51,176 nt of DNA from Octopus bimaculoides. Taxonomy: Eukaryota. Location of the stretch: NCBI RefSeq assembly GCF_001194135.2, contig NC_068982.1:188948334-188999509 (forward strand). Reading direction: 5' to 3'. Below, piece after piece: positions 24,250 to 35,351 of this stretch (position 1 is the stretch's first letter; each line of letters begins with the position of its first letter). The translations under genes were made by a program, and so were the position numbers. The notes below the pieces were generated by a model that ran no database searches, was not told where the DNA came from, and was given only the letters and a program-made list of their open reading frames with translations.

Positions 24250-24541
24250 TGGGGTGTTGTGGGTGTTTATTGAACGAAAACATCCAAAGCTCCAGCAGGG
24301 GGTGGGGTGGCAAACCATGCTGTATTCTTTCACCACAACTTTCTCTCACTCTTTCTTCCTGTTTCTGCTGTACCTGTAATTCAAAGGGACCAGCCTTGTC
24401 ACGCTGAATCTCCCCCAAGAACTACGTTAAGGGCACACGTGTCTGTGGAGTGCTCAGCCACTTGCACGTTAATTTCACGAGCAGGCTGTTCCGTTGATCG
24501 GATCAACCGGAACCCTCGTCTCGTAAGCAACAGAGTGCCAC
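24250..24541 (+). mobile_element. SINE family C (head type 1), 5'-truncated
   Basis: gtgtttattgaacgaaaacatcc...; the body matches 1226-1577. Confidence 0.85.
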
Positions 24542-24842
24542 GATCTATATATATATATATATATATATACGTATGCACATACATCCAGATTTAATTTTTT
24601 AATTACCTATTAAATAGTTTACCGATTATTGACTGGGAAATGCTGGTGGGAATATAAAAAAATTAACTAAATTGTTAAACAAACAACAGCTAAGCCTGAA
24701 TTCAATATTCAATCAATATTTATGTTTACATTGGGAGAAATCAATAATTAAAATAATGCCAAATCAATATCTGATGTATCAATACAATAACACCAGGAAT
24801 AAAAATCTTGTGAAACTAAACGCCTTCCTTCGCCTCTCAGTA

Positions 24843-25140
24843 GACAGGCGTGGCTGTGTGGTACGAAGTTTGCTTCCCAACCACAAGGTTCCGGGTTCAG
24901 TCCCACTGCATGGCATCTTGGGCAAGGGTGTTTTACTATAGTTTCAGGTGAACAAAAAAACACCTTGTGAATGAAAGAAGCCCGCTGTGTGTGTGTGTGT
25001 GTGTGTGTGTGCATGGTTTCTGTGGTGCCACTTCTGAAAACGTACAAGTCTTAAAGAGAAAGATTCGTTCGACTAAACATGCTTCAAGGCGGTGCCCCAG
25101 CATGGCTGCAGTGTAATGACTGAAACCAATATAACAGAAA
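24843..25140 (+). mobile_element. SINE family B
   Basis: Head, internal (GT)n tract and tail are all present. Confidence 0.88.
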
Positions 25141-25289
25141 AGATATTTTGTCTCCATTGCACACAGGGCTGTCGCTAAGCTCCTGCAACCTCCAAATACG
25201 TAGATGAGTCATCTATTTACTTTGGTTAAGATGTGGAACAAGAATTAAACTATGTTAACTGAAAATTTAAAGAAATAAAATGGTAATAC

Positions 25290-25446
25290 ATGGTACCTTC
25301 AAAAATTCTTGTAGAAATATTACATTGTACCATGGACGTGTAACAGACTTTGTGGATTGTCTATGATATCTATTGAACATGAACTTAGCTCTTAGCTTGA
25401 TTATTCTGAACTGATCGATGATTTCGCGAAGCAATAAATGCCTCGT
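25290..25446 (+). pseudogene. hAT transposase C-terminal (dimerisation domain) remnant
   Basis: NRLCGLSMISIEHELSS*LDYSELIDDFAKQ*MPR (25342-25446) fits the hAT pattern ERLxGLAMISIExE...LDYxxLIDDFAxxKAR; in-frame stops. Lies inside a putative element cagggctgtc(25164)...ggggcctc(about 25715). Confidence 0.7.
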
Positions 25447-25809
25447 GTTTGTCTTTGAAAGTTGCCAGGATTATAAAAATGCTCTTGTATTCATTTCTGG
25501 AAGTTTTAATTATTGAAATTTGTAAGAGACCTAAATAAATTTAACTTGTACTTTTAAAAATGTTCTTTAGGATAAAGGGAAATATTGAACTTCAGATAGA
25601 CTAAAGTAAAATATAGCTATGAATAAAAGGTGCGAAGGTTATGAATTTTGATTGAAGGGATGGGGCCTCGAAACAAAAAGTCGCAGGGGGCCTCTAAAAA
25701 TCACGTGACAGAGTTGTGTACACACAAGCATTGTCTCCGCTGTATACCTATTTAGTGGTGGTGCAGTTTAATGGTTTAATGTGGTAACCCTATTCCGGAA
25801 CTGTTATTC

Positions 25810-26150
25810 GTAGCTGTGTGGTTGAGAAGCTTGCTTCCCAACTACGTGGTCTTGAGTTCAGTTCCACTACGTGGCACCTTGGCATCTCGAGCCGACCAAA
25901 GCCTTATGAGTGGAGCTGGCTGACGGAAAATGAAAGAAGCCCATCGTGTATGTGTCTATGTTTGCCCCCCCCCCACCGCTTGACAACCAGTGTCGGTTTG
26001 TTTAAGTCCCATCACTTAACAGTTCGGCAAAAGAAAACCATTAGACTAAGTATCAGGCGAAGTACTGAAGTCGGTTTGTTTCGACTAAATCCTTCCAGCG
26101 GGTGCTCCAGCATGGCTGCAATCTAATGACTGAAGCATGTGAAAGATAGA
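25810..26150 (+). mobile_element. SINE family B, diverged
   Basis: gctgtgtggttgagaagcttgcttccc head; gtgctccagcatggctgcaatctaatgactgaa tail. Confidence 0.82.
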
Positions 26151-26204
26151 AAATATGTTTTCTGTTAGTTTGCAGAGCAAAGTTTAAACCGTCCTCCGCC
26201 CTGG

Positions 26205-26392
26205 ACGTGGCCTGGCCTGGCACTTAGGCTGCGGCACTCACAATCGCAAAACCTCGATTCCCAGACCGGTAGGGGTGGGGTGCGTTGTGATTTTGAGCAA
26301 AACACCTCAGCTCATGTTCACTCAGTCCACTCGGCTGCCAAAAGTGAGTAACCCCGCAATGGATTGGCGTCCCATCCAGAGAGCACGGTTGT
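26205..26392 (+). mobile_element. SINE family H (tRNA head plus cagtccactcggctg core)
   Basis: Homologous to minus-strand copies at 26880-27000, 32735-32955 and 49215-49335. Confidence 0.65.
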
Positions 26393-26667
26393 AATCTCGG
26401 CAATTTATGTACACCATGGAGAGAGGACCTGTGAGTTATAGAAGTCGGAGCAGTAATGCTCAGGGATTGGTGATGATGATGATGATGATGATGACGACGA
26501 CGATCGTGGAGTAAAAGAGAAGGATGGTCGCCAATAGAAAGACATTAGAATACTAGGATTCATCCATCGGGCTTCAAATCCCATATTGGCCGACGTCGCT
26601 TCACATAATGGAGAATGGTTGGGCGGAATTCTTAGAGCATGTTTCTTCATCTTTCCCTATTTTTTTT

Positions 26668-26843
26668 ATACTCGTTTCAGCCATTCAACTGTTACCATGA
26701 TGAGGCATCGCTTTGAAGGATTTAGCCGAACAAACCAAACCAGTCCCAGTACTTTCTTTCAAATCCGGTACTTATTTAATCAGTGTCTTTTACCGAAACG
26801 CTAAGTTACAGGGATGTAAATAAACCAGTACTGGTTGTCAACG
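26668..26843 (-). mobile_element. SINE family B, 3' half
   Basis: ccgaaacgctaagttacagggatgtaaa is the reverse complement of the B tail. Confidence 0.75.
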
Positions 26844-27052
26844 AGTAAACACAAACACACAAGGTTATTTATTTACTGCTCAGTCGACTGAAACAATGTA
26901 AAATAAGTGTTTTGCTCAAAAACACAACACACTGCACGATCCGAGAATCGAAACCATGATCATAGGATCACGAGTGAAACACCTTAACCACTGGCCCAAT
27001 ATATGACCTGACACAATATATTGGGGAAATATTTTCATTATATAATAAAAGA

Positions 27053-27215
27053 GGCGCAGGTACGACTGTAGGACTAAAGGTTTATTTCCCAACCACATGG
27101 TTCCGGGTTCAGTCCCACTGCGTGGCACCTTGGACAAGTGTTATCAACAATAGCCCTCAGCCAACCAAAATCTTGTGAGTGGATTTGCTAGACGGAAACT
27201 GAAAGAAGCTCATCG

Positions 27216-27247
<32 letters not shown>

Positions 27248-27572
27248 CGTATGTATGTACGTGTGTGTGTACGTGTGTGTGTGTCTATGTACGTATGCGT
27301 GTGTCTATGTACGTATGTGTGTACGTGTGTGTGTCTATGTACGTATGTATGTCTGTATGTACGTATGCATGCATTTGTGGGTGAGTGTGTCCGTGTTTTG
27401 GTATGATAGGTGAGCGTCACCGTTATACAGGTAGTGTTTTTCATCTCCAATATTCTGCAAAAACATGTCTGGCCATGCGGCAGGAAGGACATCCGGCCAT
27501 AGAAAAATCTGCCTCAAACTCTATCCGACCCAAACAAGAATAGAAAAACGAACGTTAAGATGATGGTAACGA
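27053..27572 (+). mobile_element. Chimeric SINE: B head, microsatellite, E-type tail
   Basis: B head at 27053-27215; tail ggcaggaaggacatccggccatagaaaa...cgttaagatgatg at 27400-27572. Confidence 0.7.
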
Positions 27573-28320
27573 TGGTGAACATTTTCGTCCATTAATCCTA
27601 CAGACATGTAAAACCGTTTACGCCTTCTCCATTGCACGCCTCCATTGATTTGAACTAATTCACTACGACATATTTTATTTGTAAGCTGAACCTTTATCAA
27701 ATATTGGACAGTGAGACTCTTTAGAATTTTTACTAAAGTGTCTCATGAGAGACAAGTCGAATATGATTAAAATTGATAAACAAACACTTTTAACAGGATA
27801 AAAGGTACAAAACCAATTAGAATATCTGAAACTGCGTGGGACAGCAAAATAATAATTTTAAAAAACACAAAAAGTGCTTGTGTGGGTGTGGAGCAAACGA
27901 AATAAAACTCGACGTTTGAGTTTTGAATGTTTGTTGTTTTGAAGACGAAGTACGAAGTGTGTGGGACAGAACCGGATATTGAAACTTAAATAATTTGTCG
28001 AATGTTTTAAGTAAACAGGACAGCTCTACTGTTGTGTAATATTGTCTCGTAGCTATGAAGTTGTTGACAATTTAGTTTATCAATAATGCTGTTGTCGCAT
28101 ATACGACAAACTTGTCACACAATCACGTATATACATGCATACACACACACACAACGGTGGCTGTACAAATGGAAGAGGTTCTCAACACATGTAGGAGTTA
28201 TTTAAAACTATTTGATTTGGCCCCGGGTGACTTTAAGATTCGTAGGCTCCTTGCAGAAACCTAGCTTATCGGGTTCATTTAACCGAACTTCGATCGAGCT
28301 AGGTTTTAATAATAATAATT

Positions 28321-28835
28321 CTTTCTACTCTCGGCACAAGACCTGAAATTTCAGGAGAGGGGTTAAGTTGATTACATCGATCCCCAGTACTCAACTGGTA
28401 CTTGTTTTATCGACTCCGAAAGGATGAAAGGCAAAGTCAATTCCGGCAGAATTTGAACTCAGAACCTTAAGACAAAGTGCCGCTTAGCATTTTGCCCGGT
28501 GTGCTAACAATTCTGCCAGCTCGCTGCCTCAATAATAATTACAATGGTTTCAAATTGTTGCCACAAGGGCAGTTTGGGGGAGGGGATTAAGCCGATTACA
28601 TCGACCCCAGTGCGTAACTAATACTTATTTAATCGACCCCGAAAGGATGAAAGGCAAAGTCGACCTCGGCGGAATTTGAACTCAGAGCATAACGGCTGAC
28701 GAAATACCGCTAGACATTTCGCCCGGCGTGCTAACGATTCTGCCAGCTCGCCGCTTTCATATAATTATAATAATAATAATAATTTCAAATTTTGCCACAA
28801 TGGCAGCAATTTTTTGGGGGGTGGGGGGTGGAGAT
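28321..28835 (-). mobile_element. Head-to-tail cluster of family A SINEs (two full copies and one tail)
   Basis: 28321-28529, 28546-28755 and 28783-28835, separated by (AAT)n. Confidence 0.88.
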
Positions 28836-29125
28836 GAATAATTCACCTCTAGAAACTAGGGCGTTTCGTTTATCATCCTTAAACAATCCTCATTCAGGGA
28901 CCTTTTGAGCGAAATGGGCTATTCGACCTGAAGAAAATTCTAACTGGGCCTCACTTGTAAGATCACGCACTGTTTATTTTGATATGAGGTCACCATGTCG
29001 GGTACATGTGATTGTGATGCATGTACCTGGTGTACCTTTATCAGACGGGTAGTTAAAATGGGTTTATTCGGTTTCATATACCTGTTCACCAGCACCACTT
29101 TGATGGTATACGCTGCTCGCTCACA
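28836..29125. mobile_element. Dispersed repeat family F
   Basis: aataattcacctct... and aactgggcc...gatatgaggtcacc...gatgcatgt are shared with 36533-36752 and 37093-37345. Confidence 0.7.
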
Positions 29126-29235
29126 TAATAGCATAATAAACTATTTGGTTTATTTAATAATGTGGTCTGGATTGCAACCCAACTTTTCACACACACACAA
29201 TGTAACTATTATCATCATTTCCTAAGTCTAACTCA

Positions 29236-29301
29236 GTTCTCTGTGGCTTAACGTTTCGTGGACCCAAAGGACGAACCCATCTCATCAGATATTAAGAGAA
29301 C
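29236..29301 (-). ncRNA. Type I hammerhead-like motif (canonical core)
   Basis: Minus strand: guucucu-uaauau-CUGAUGA-GA-UGGGUUC(gucc uuu)GGGUCCA-C-GAA-ACGU-U-aagccac-agagaac. Distal stem I is 7 bp; proximal stem I is weak. Confidence 0.5.
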
Positions 29302-29307
29302 AATGCG

Positions 29308-29477
29308 TATTATTCTTTAACAAGAACAGCACTGGCAGTGACTTCCAAATTTCGATTAGTTAAGTCATCATCGGATTTTAACTGGCCGAAACTTCGAAGT
29401 TACTGTCAATATTATTATTGTTAAAGAATAATAAATTCGTACCCTTCTGAATGTGTTGGGTAATCCTTCAGTTTAAC
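29308..29477. mobile_element. Penelope-like HHR-b repeat, inverted duplication
   Basis: Left arm (minus) CCGAUGA-U-GAC..AUC-GAA-AUUUGGAAGU-C-ACUG; right arm (plus) uuaacuggcc-GAA-ACUUCGAAGU-U-ACUGUCAAU. Confidence 0.65.
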
Positions 29478-30059
29478 GTAAACTTATTATCTCCAGGTCA
29501 ATTCTGATTGAGCTGACCTATGGCCAATGACGCACCCAGCCTGTGTATAATCTAATGAAACCTTTAAGACATAAGGTGAGGTGTTGGGAGAGATTTGGCT
29601 GTTGTTTTTAGCAAGTCCGCGACCACAGCAACAACAATTGCTGTTACTGTTGTGTGTTGTTATTGATAATGTTAGTGACAAAGACAATCCAACGACGCCT
29701 CTCACTTGAAAGTTTCACAAAGCGTCTAATCATTAACAGGAAATAATTGCTGCTGCTGTCGTTCGGTGTTGGCGACGAAGGTCGCAGCGAGGAGTGTTAC
29801 ACATACAAATACACACATACATCCACAAGTACTCACACACACAAGTACACACAAGCACTCTTACACAGACACACAAGTGCTGAGCTAGCACCGTGATTAA
29901 CAGTATTTCATTGGTCTTGAAGTTCTGGGTTCAAATTTGCCTTTCAGCCTTTCGAGGTCGATAAAAAGTACCAACTGAGTACTGGGGGTCGATATAATCG
30001 ACTTATCCGCTCCACTGGGCTTGTGCCAAAATTATTATTATTATTATTATTATCATTTA

Positions 30060-31090
30060 TGGTTTCCTTTCATTATAACTTTATTTCAGCTGCCTTAGTA
30101 CTGGGCATCCTCCGGAGGCCAAGAGTAACAAGAGCACCACATGTATTCCATTTTAGATGCAGAGTGCTTTCCGTAGTATATGGGCTGTAACCATAGAGAT
30201 TGGAGTTATCTTTTGTAGTTCATATTGAATTGGAGTTACCACAGAGTTGCTTAATATACTTCTCAGCTCCCTTCTTTTAAGCTTCCACATTATTTATATT
30301 TGACGGATATTTGTCCTCATCTTGTTTGTTGTTAAGACAACGTTTCGGCTGATATACCCTCCAGCCTTCATCAGGTGTCTTGGGGAAATTTAGAACCTGG
30401 GTTCTCATTCCTAAGGTATTTTTCAATGTTATTATTATTATTATTCAGGTCACTGCCTGGAATCAAACTCGGAATCTTGGGGTTAGTAGTCCGTGTTCTT
30501 AACCACTACGTCATATGCCCATTCGATTCCAGGCAGTGACCTGAATAATAATAATAATAATAACATTGAAAAATACCTTAGGAATGAGAACCCAGGTTCA
30601 AAATTTCCTCAAGACACCCGATGAAGGCTGGGGGGGGGGGATATATCAGCCAAAACGTCTTAAGAACAAACAAGATGAGGACAAATATCCGTCAAATGTA
30701 AATAGCGTAAATAATGTACATAATTCCTCATCTCTTAAATATAGAACTGTATTAAGCTTCCACATTTTTGTGCTTTCAATTTGCAGATCTTTTCGTATTC
30801 CTTTCTTGAGACATTTTGATCTTGTGGGGGCAGACATATCTATTAAGAGACAAGTTCCACTGCTGTAGTCCTTGATCACAATGTCTGGTCAATTGGAGTC
30901 AATTTTTCTGTCTCTTTGTATTGAGAAGTTCCAAAGGATGGTGACACACTCGCCATCTACTACATCCTCTGGATGGTGCCTGTTTCACTTATCATGAGAT
31001 TTAATTTTGTAATATTTACAAGCATTGCAGGGGCTGTACTGCCCTAGTCTGTCATGTCTGATGAGGAACTTCTTTTCAGCAAGGATTGAG
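30060..31090 (-). mobile_element. R4/Dong-like LINE 3' end (RLE domain), interrupted by the HHR-SINE
   Basis: VTILWNFSIQRDRKIDSN*PDIVIKDYSSGTCLLIDMSAP...DLQIESTKMWKL (31090-30752) continues left of the insertion as KGAEKYIKQL...ELQKIT...TAHILRKALCI*. Confidence 0.82.
30292..30751. mobile_element. tRNA-headed hammerhead SINE, inverted duplication, copy 1
   Basis: Left arm (minus) has the full tRNA-like head ending at 30520; right arm (plus) starts at the B box; HHR motifs at 30334-30379 and 30613-30662; perfect 15-bp TSD ttaagcttccacatt at 30277-30291 and 30752-30766. Confidence 0.9.
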
Positions 31091-31103
31091 TATTATTATT
31101 ACC

Positions 31104-31400
31104 GAGGCGGTAAGCTGACAGAATCGTTAAAGCACTGGTAGAATCGTTAGCACACCAGCCGGGTGAAATGCTTAGCGGTATTTCATCCGCCTTCGTGTTC
31201 TGAGTTCAAGTTCCACTGAAGTCGACTTTGCCTTTCATTCTTTCAGGGTCGATAAATTAAGTACCAGTTGTATACTGGGGTTGATCTAATCAACTGTCCC
31301 TATAGTAGAAAGGATTATTATTATTATTATTATTATTAAAGTGGTGAGCTGGTAGAATCGTTAGCACGCCGGACAAAATTCCTAGCAGCATTTTGTCCAT
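31104..31400 (+). mobile_element. SINE family A plus a second head in tandem
   Basis: 31104-31316 full copy, then (ATT)n, then a second head at 31339-31400. Confidence 0.85.
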
Positions 31401-32146
31401 TATTACCGACAAATACACATGCGTACAATTACACACACACACACATATATACATACATACAACCTCCCAGAAGTTTATCATTTAAGTATATATGAGCATG
31501 TCTAGATATGTAGCTATATGCATGAGAATACATACATAAAACAAAACATACAAATCTACACACATACACAAACAAAAATACCCTGTTCTTGATGTTGAAA
31601 TTCCAATGAAGGAATCTTGGATCTAGGTTAGAAACCGTTTTTTCTCTATTGGCAAGAAATCTTGAAATAAACTGAACAATGACACACACACCACACACAC
31701 TGACAATGTGGTGTCACCAACATAAGTGTACAGTTGCACAAACATTAATACACTTACATAGAGTATTGGGGGGTGGGGTTCCAGATAACAAATGTTCAAA
31801 ATAACTGCATCCAGAAAAGAAAAGGTCGAAACTAACAGCATTTTTTGAAAACTGACGGTAAAGCTTAAAAGCTTAAAAGCACTTGCTGATGCTATTCTGA
31901 CAAAGTTCACTTACTTTTTCTTTTTTCTACTCTAGGCACAAAGCCCCTATTTTTTTTGGGTGGGGGCCAGTCAATTAGATCGACCCCAGTACGCAACACA
32001 GTTCACTTTTTATTCGTGAACAGTCAAAAGTCATTAACGCATTGAGCAAAAAAAAAAAAATGCTTAGTTGGGCATTGATCATTGATGTAATTGACCTACC
32101 CCTTCTTCTAAAATTGCAGGCCTTGTACCAAAAACTGAAACCATTA

Positions 32147-32572
32147 CTTTTACTTGTTTCAGTCATTGGACTGTGGCCATGCTGGGGCACCACCTTGGGG
32201 GGTAAAGTCAAACATATTGACCCCGGTACTTAGTTTTTTTATTTTTTATCTAGTACTTGTTCTGTCGGTGTCGTTTGTCAAACTGTTAAGTTATGGTGAC
32301 GTAAAGAAACCAACACTAGTTGCCAAGTGGTGGCAGGGGCCAAACATAGACACAGGGGCCAAACATAGACATGGCAGGGGCCAAACATAGACATGTCTGT
32401 CATACAGACACACGATGGACTTCCAAAGTTTCCATCAATCAAAGTCACTCATAAACCATTGATTGGCCTGGAGCTTTGGTAGACGACATTTGCTCCAAGG
32501 TGCTGCACAGTGGGACTGAACCCAAAACCATGTGGTTGCAGAGTCAGCTTCTTTACCACACAGCCATGCCTG
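32147..32572 (-). mobile_element. SINE family B with an internal 18-21 bp triplication
   Basis: B tail and head in reverse orientation; caggggccaaacatagaca occurs three times at 32334-32392. Confidence 0.82.
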
Positions 32573-32734
32573 TCACCATTTTACATAATAAAATGCATTT
32601 AAAAAAAACTCCAAAAACAGCAGAAAATCCATAATCGTGACATCCCTGATCACTGAGTTTGCTGTTATTCAGTAAGTTTATTATAAAAACCATAAAAAAG
32701 AAAGGAAAAAGATTCTTCCAGAGTCACTCAGACT

Positions 32735-32955
32735 CATCAGGTTGGTTTCCTAGTTTCCAAGGCGCATACGTACACCCCGGGAATGGATGCCAATCACTTG
32801 TAGGATTACTCAGTGTTATCAGCTGGACTGGACAGGACTGGAATGGAGCAATGTAAAATGATGTAGTTTTGGTCAGGAACACGATGCATCACCCAGTTGA
32901 AGGATTGAAACCAATATCTTCTGATCATGAGTCCAACACCCTTAGCCACTAAGCC
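32735..32955 (-). mobile_element. SINE family H
   Basis: ggatgccaatcac...cagctggactg...ggagcaatgtaaaatga...ccactaagccacatacctcc. Confidence 0.65.
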
Positions 32956-32997
32956 ACATACCTCCACATACGAACTGTATATATACCAACAGGTTGT

Positions 32998-33207
32998 AAG
33001 TAAAAAGCACCATCTGAACATGATCGATGCCAGGGACCCCTGACTGACTCCCATACTGGTGGCACATAAAAAGCACCCACTACACTCTTGGATTGGTTGG
33101 CATTAGGAAGGGCATCCAGCTGCAGAAACTTTGCCAGATCAAACTGTCCAGCCCATGCCAGCATGGAAAACGAACGGTAAACAACGATGATGATGATGAT
33201 GATGATA
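32998..33207 (+). mobile_element. SINE family E 3' module ending in (GAT)n
   Basis: ggttggcattaggaagggcatccagctg...cccatgccagcatggaaaacgaacggtaaacaacgatgatg. Confidence 0.8.
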
Positions 33208-33210
33208 TAT

Positions 33211-33243
<33 letters not shown>

Positions 33244-33247
33244 CATG

Positions 33248-33868
33248 TGTAGGCATGGCTGTGTGGTAAGAAGTTTGCTTCCCAAACACATTGTTCTAGG
33301 TTCAGTTCCATTGCATGGTACCTTGGGCAAGTGCCTTCTACTATAAGCCTAGGCTCACCAAAGCTTTGTCAGTGGATGTGGAAACTGAAAGAAGCCTATC
33401 ATGTGTGTATGTGTTATTTCTTTACTACCCACAAGGGGTTACACACAGAAGGGACAAACAAGGACAGACAAACGGATTAAGTCGATTATACCGACCCCAG
33501 TGCGTAACTGGTACTTATTTAATTGACCCCGAAAGGATGAAAGGCAAAGTCGACCTCGGCAGAATTTGAACTCAGAACGTAGCGGCAGACGAAATACCGC
33601 TAAGCATTTCACCCGGCGTGCTAATGTTTCTGCCAGCTCGCCGCCTGTGTGTGTGTGTGTTTGTTACCTACCATCATCTGACAAGCAGTGTTGGTATGTT
33701 TACATCCTTGTAACTTAGCAGTTTGGCAAAAGAGACTGATAGAATGAGCACATGGCTTAAAAAAAAATAACAATAAGCACTGGGGTCAATTAATTCAACC
33801 TAAAAATTCTTTAAAGTTGCTCCAGCATGGCTTGTGTCTAATGACTGAAACAAGAAAAAGATAAAAGA
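33248..33868 (+). mobile_element. SINE family B split by a family A insertion
   Basis: B 5' half at 33248-33410, family A (minus) at 33421-33645, B 3' half at 33662-33868. Confidence 0.85.
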
Positions 33869-33904
33869 CATACACATACATACACACACGTACACATATG
33901 TACT

Positions 33905-34183
33905 CTCGCTTGACTGGCTCCTGTGCCAGTGGCACGTAAAAGGCACTGTCCGAACATGATCATTGGCAGGCCCACCTGACTAGCTCCTGTGCCAGTGGGA
34001 CATACAAACCACCCGCTACACTTTCAGAGTGGTTGGCATTGGGAAGGGCATCCATCTGTAGAAACTCTGCCAGATCAGATTGGAGTCTGGTGCAGCCACT
34101 GGCTCTCCAGACCTCAGTCAAACCGTCCAACCCATGCCAGCATGGAAAATGGACGTTAAACAATGATGATGATGATGATGATG
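33905..34183 (+). mobile_element. SINE family E
   Basis: Same module as 32998-33207 and 36765-37092. Confidence 0.82.
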
Positions 34184-34540
34184 TACAGATATGCATATAC
34201 ATACATGTGTGTGTGTGTGTGTGTAAATTAAGTGTTTGACATGTAGACCTAAGTATATTGCATAATTGAATTGGTTTAATATTTAAAAAATAAAAAATAT
34301 TAAAAAAAGCCAGTCTTTGTGTTACAAAGCCTGTGCTTTCTGTACAACAAACGAAGTGATGTGACTGCTACGTAATCGTTTAAACTAATTTTCATTGCAT
34401 TAGACTTCAATCAATACAACACAGCATTAGTTGGTTTAGGAAAACTGCAGTCAATGCTTATTGCATGTGTCTCATAAATTTAATACAATAGATTTTATAA
34501 TGAGTTTATGCACAATATGCTGAAGACATTATATATATAA

Positions 34541-34900
34541 GGTGCAGGAGTGGCTGTGTGGAAAGTAGCTTGCTTACCAACCACATGGTTCCGGGTTCAG
34601 TCATGCCACCTTGGATAAGTGTCTTCTACTATAGTCTCGGGCCGACCAAAGCCTTGTGAGTGGATTTGGTAGAAGGAAACTGAAAGAAGCCCGTCATGTA
34701 TGTATGTATGTATGTCTCCACCATCGCTTGACAACTGATGCTGGTGTGTCTACATCTCCGTAACTTAGCAGTATGGCAAAAGGACTGCCAATAGAATAAG
34801 TACCAGGTTTGCAAAGAATAAGTCCTGGGGTCGATTTCTTCGACTAAAAAGGTGGTGCTCCAGCATGGCCACAGTCAAATGACTGAAACAAATAAAAGAA
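34541..34900 (+). mobile_element. SINE family B, full length
   Basis: ggtgcaggagtggctgtgtgg head to gactgaaacaaataaaagaa tail. Confidence 0.92.
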
Positions 34901-35351
34901 TATATATATACATACATATATATACAGCTAGATAGATATGCACACACACACACAAACATGATCAGCAGTTTACAGACAATTCCTTAATCTTTCCTAGCCT
35001 GAGTCCTTTCACTAGGGTTCTGTCAATCAAGTTGGCCCCTGTACATAAGTAAAGGGGCCGTCTTGATTGACTAAACCCCTTGAGTCTGCTATCAATTCAG
35101 TCTGCCTTTTTTTTGCCAAAACAAATCAACAGAAACAAACCAACACCAGTTTATAACTTGTGAGAGACAAATAAAAACACACACATGACAGGCTTCTGCA
35201 CAGTTTCCATCAACAAAATTCACTGACAAGTGTCTTCTACAGGGGGACTGAACCTGAAACCACAGGGTCATGAAACAAACTGCTTAACCACACACCCACA
35301 CTTCTGCCCTCACCAGGAGAAAAAAAAAAACCTTTCAAAATGGTTTGATAT

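Noticed and set aside
30440-30520. Functional tRNA-Ser gene (likewise other SINE heads as tRNA genes)
   Set aside because: No acceptor-stem pairing, mismatched anticodon stem, and embedded in a multi-copy element with TSDs.
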